Source: a virus. From it: DNA of 42,216 nt. The translations under genes and the position numbers were made by a program. Shown here one piece after another: positions 40,028 to 42,216 of this stretch (its first letter is position 1; each line of letters begins with the position of its first letter). A model generated the notes under the pieces. It was not told the DNA's origin and searched no databases. It was given only the letters and a program-made list of their open reading frames with translations. The stretch is from IMG/VR virus record IMGVR_UViG_3300013939_000003. One strand, written 5' to 3'.

Positions 40028-42216
40028 ATGCAGACACAAGTGGAACTCGAACTGGAAGCCTACCAATTTGGTAAGGCTCGCATGGCCGCAGCTATGCGGG
40101 GCAACGAGGAGAAGGGCCGCGCCCACAACAACCCGTATGCCCAAGCTGTCTATCGCCGGTTCGTCCTTCCGCTCGCGGAGATCATCCGCGAGGACTTGGC
40201 TGCGAAGCGGGTGGGGAGGCGGCAGGCGCATGTGCGTCTGCTATCTCCCATCGACCCGGAGGCGACAGCGTACATTGCAGTGCGCTCCGCACTCATCGCA
40301 CTCCTTGCAGGCAAGGGCGACAATCTCGCCGAGGGCGCAGGGCGCAGCGTGGTTGCTGAGGTTGGGCGTAGCGTGTATCACGAGTACGTGTTGGAACACT
40401 TCGCGGAGATCGAGCCGGACTTGTTCTATCACTTGGTCAATGACTTCGAGCGGCGTATGTCGCACAACGAACGTCACCGTATGACCGTGTTCAAGATGCA
40501 GGCACGCAAGGCTGGTGTCCACTTCAACGAGTGGAGCAGTGGCGACCGCGATCAAGTTGGCGCGTATCTGATGGAGCAGCTGTCTAAGCTGGGCATGGTG
40601 CATACCAAGCAGATCACGATCCCGCATGTACACAAGAACAACATCCGAACCAAGATCATCGTTACGCTCTCTGAGGAGTGCGCTGCGTTGATCGAGCAGA
40701 TCAAGGGATTCGCAGTAGAGTCCACACCGTACTTCCTGCCGTGCGTTGAACCGCCGAAGGATTGGACAGGTGTGACCGAGGGTGGATTCCACACCAAGGA
40801 AATGCGGCGCATGATGCCGTGGATGGTCAAGACCCATCCGTCGCAGCGGGACAACTTCCGTGAGGCGGACATGAGTCAGGAGCTTGCAACGATCAACGCA
40901 TTGCAGCGAGTCGAGTGGCGAGTCAATCGCAAGCTGCTCAATGCCGTGCGCCAGATCAGCAAGCACTTCGACATGGACGAGATCATCAGTCAGGCCGAGG
41001 TTCCGAAACCGCACAAGCCCGAGTGGCTGGTCGGTGACATGACCAAGGACGACATGGACGAGACGCAGCTTGAAGAATTCGTACGATGGAAGCGCAGCGT
41101 AGCCGAGTGGCACACCGAGCGCAAGGTTCGAGGTACGAAGTGGGGCAGGTTCTACAACGCTATGCGCATCGCCAACAAGTTCGAGGAGTACGAGAAGCTG
41201 TGGTTCGTTTACTTCGAGGACTTCCGTGGCCGCAAGTACGTGCAGACCACGGGCATCAGTCCGCAGGGAAGCGACTTGCAGAAGGCGCTGCTCGAATTCG
41301 CAAACGGCAAGCCGCTGGATTCTGAGGAGGCAGTACAATGGTTCAAGATCACAGGAGCGAACCGCTGGGGTTACGACAAGGTGACCTTTCAGGATCGAGT
41401 GAAGTGGGTGGACGAACGATCCGACTTACTCCTCGCCTTTGCGGACGATCCGATCTCGCATCCCGAATGGCAGGAAGCGGACAGTCCGCTCTGTTTCCTT
41501 GCATGGTGCATGGAGTACGCGGAGTGGTTCCGCAGTCCTTCAACATTCGCCTCGCGGGTGGCTGTTGGAATGGACGGGAGTTGCAATGGCTTGCAGAATT
41601 TCTCTGCAATGCTACGCGATTCGCTCGGAGGCAAGGCGACGAACTTGCTGCCTTCCGAGTTACCGAACGACATCTACCAGATGGTAGCGGATGTTACGTT
41701 GCGTTTGCTACTCGCTGGGGAGGAGGACGAGCGTGGCTTTCGTCGCCGCTGGCTTGCGCACGGGATGAATCGAACGCTGGTGAAGCGCAGCGTGATGACT
41801 CTCCCGTATGGGTCTACCCGGTATTCATGCGCGGAGTTCATCGTCGCTGACTACTTGCGCGGTGGCAAGGTGCCTGAGTTCGAGAAGGGCGAGTACGAGA
41901 AGGCTGCGAACTACCTGTCGCATTTCGTGTGGGCTGCAATCGGTGAGGTTGTGGTCAAGGCACGTGAGGCTATGACGTGGTTGCAGCAAGGCGCTAGGCA
42001 GTTGGTGCGCGAAGGGAACACCGAGATCAAGTGGGTCACGCCATCCGGCTTCCCTGCGATCCAAGCGTATTGGGAATCCGACGTGCATCAAATCCACACC
42101 AAGCTATGTGGCGGTGCGCGACTCAAGATTCACCACGACACCGACACCCCGGACATCAACCGGCACAAGAACGGGATCGCCCCGAACTTCGTGCACAGCC
42201 TCGACGCATCACACCT
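40028..42216 (+). CDS. Single-subunit DNA-dependent RNA polymerase, N-terminal 729 codons (open at the window end; continues at 1..330; 812 aa in total)
   Basis: ATG 40028 after GAGGT. T7-RNAP family motifs MDGSCNGLQNFSAM, RSVMTLPYGS and PNFVHSLDASH. The ORF has no stop in the window, so it is absent from the track. Confidence 0.95.
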   Translation, partial: MQTQVELELEAYQFGKARMAAAMRGNEEKGRAHNNPYAQAVYRRFVLPLAEIIREDLAAKRVGRRQAHVRLLSPIDPEATAYIAVRSALIALLAGKGDNLAEGAGRSVVAEVGRSVYHEYVLEHFAEIEPDLFYHLVNDFERRMSHNERHRMTVFKMQARKAGVHFNEWSSGDRDQVGAYLMEQLSKLGMVHTKQITIPHVHKNNIRTKIIVTLSEECAALIEQIKGFAVESTPYFLPCVEPPKDWTGVTEGGFHTKEMRRMMPWMVKTHPSQRDNFREADMSQELATINALQRVEWRVNRKLLNAVRQISKHFDMDEIISQAEVPKPHKPEWLVGDMTKDDMDETQLEEFVRWKRSVAEWHTERKVRGTKWGRFYNAMRIANKFEEYEKLWFVYFEDFRGRKYVQTTGISPQGSDLQKALLEFANGKPLDSEEAVQWFKITGANRWGYDKVTFQDRVKWVDERSDLLLAFADDPISHPEWQEADSPLCFLAWCMEYAEWFRSPSTFASRVAVGMDGSCNGLQNFSAMLRDSLGGKATNLLPSELPNDIYQMVADVTLRLLLAGEEDERGFRRRWLAHGMNRTLVKRSVMTLPYGSTRYSCAEFIVADYLRGGKVPEFEKGEYEKAANYLSHFVWAAIGEVVVKAREAMTWLQQGARQLVREGNTEIKWVTPSGFPAIQAYWESDVHQIHTKLCGGARLKIHHDTDTPDINRHKNGIAPNFVHSLDASH

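Noticed and set aside
42137-42216. The 80-bp identity with bases 1-80, considered as a genuine direct terminal repeat.
   Set aside because: It lies in the middle of the essential RNAP coding sequence and simply restores its frame. It is far better explained as an assembler circularisation overlap.

Overview
The window is one complete, circularly permuted genome of a T7-supergroup podophage (Autographiviridae type). It has 42,136 unique bp plus an 80-bp assembly overlap: bases 1-80 equal 42137-42216. The junction falls inside the single-subunit RNA polymerase gene. All credible genes are on the + strand, tightly packed, with many ATGA/TAATG overlaps and clear Shine-Dalgarno sites. By eye the GC content is roughly 60% with high GC3, so the long minus-strand ORFs are shadow ORFs.

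Biological order starts at about 23.4-24.3 kb:
- Non-coding terminus and control region: hairpins, alternating Pu/Py tracts, a GT-rich short-repeat array, one phage-type promoter and three sigma70-type early promoters.
- About 20 small early ORFs (24.3-30.0 kb), including a minimal protein-kinase-like gene.
- DNA metabolism module: primase, DnaB-like helicase, family A DNA polymerase, FEN-type 5'-3' exonuclease, endonuclease VII, DnaQ-like exonuclease, ATP-dependent ligase and an HslV/proteasome-like Ntn-hydrolase-like ORF.
- RNA polymerase at the end of the middle region (phiKMV-like position), followed by two tandem phage promoters.
- Structural module: portal, scaffold, major capsid plus terminator, tail tubular A and B, three internal virion proteins, then four tail fibre module genes.
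- T7-type holin, small and large terminase, two small tandem paralogues, SAR endolysin, and overlapped i-/o-spanins (which implies a Gram-negative host).

No tRNA, CRISPR array, integrase or transposase was seen.

Items most worth follow-up:
- A GNAT-like motif block inside the ejected gp16-like protein.
- The early kinase-like ORF.
- The Ntn-hydrolase-like ORF just upstream of the RNAP gene.
- The 23-nt promoter motif present four times.
- CTGAAC direct-repeat pairs at a fixed register upstream of all three early promoters.
- A low-GC3 inserted gene just after the RNAP gene.

All functional calls rest on motif reading by eye. No database search was possible.
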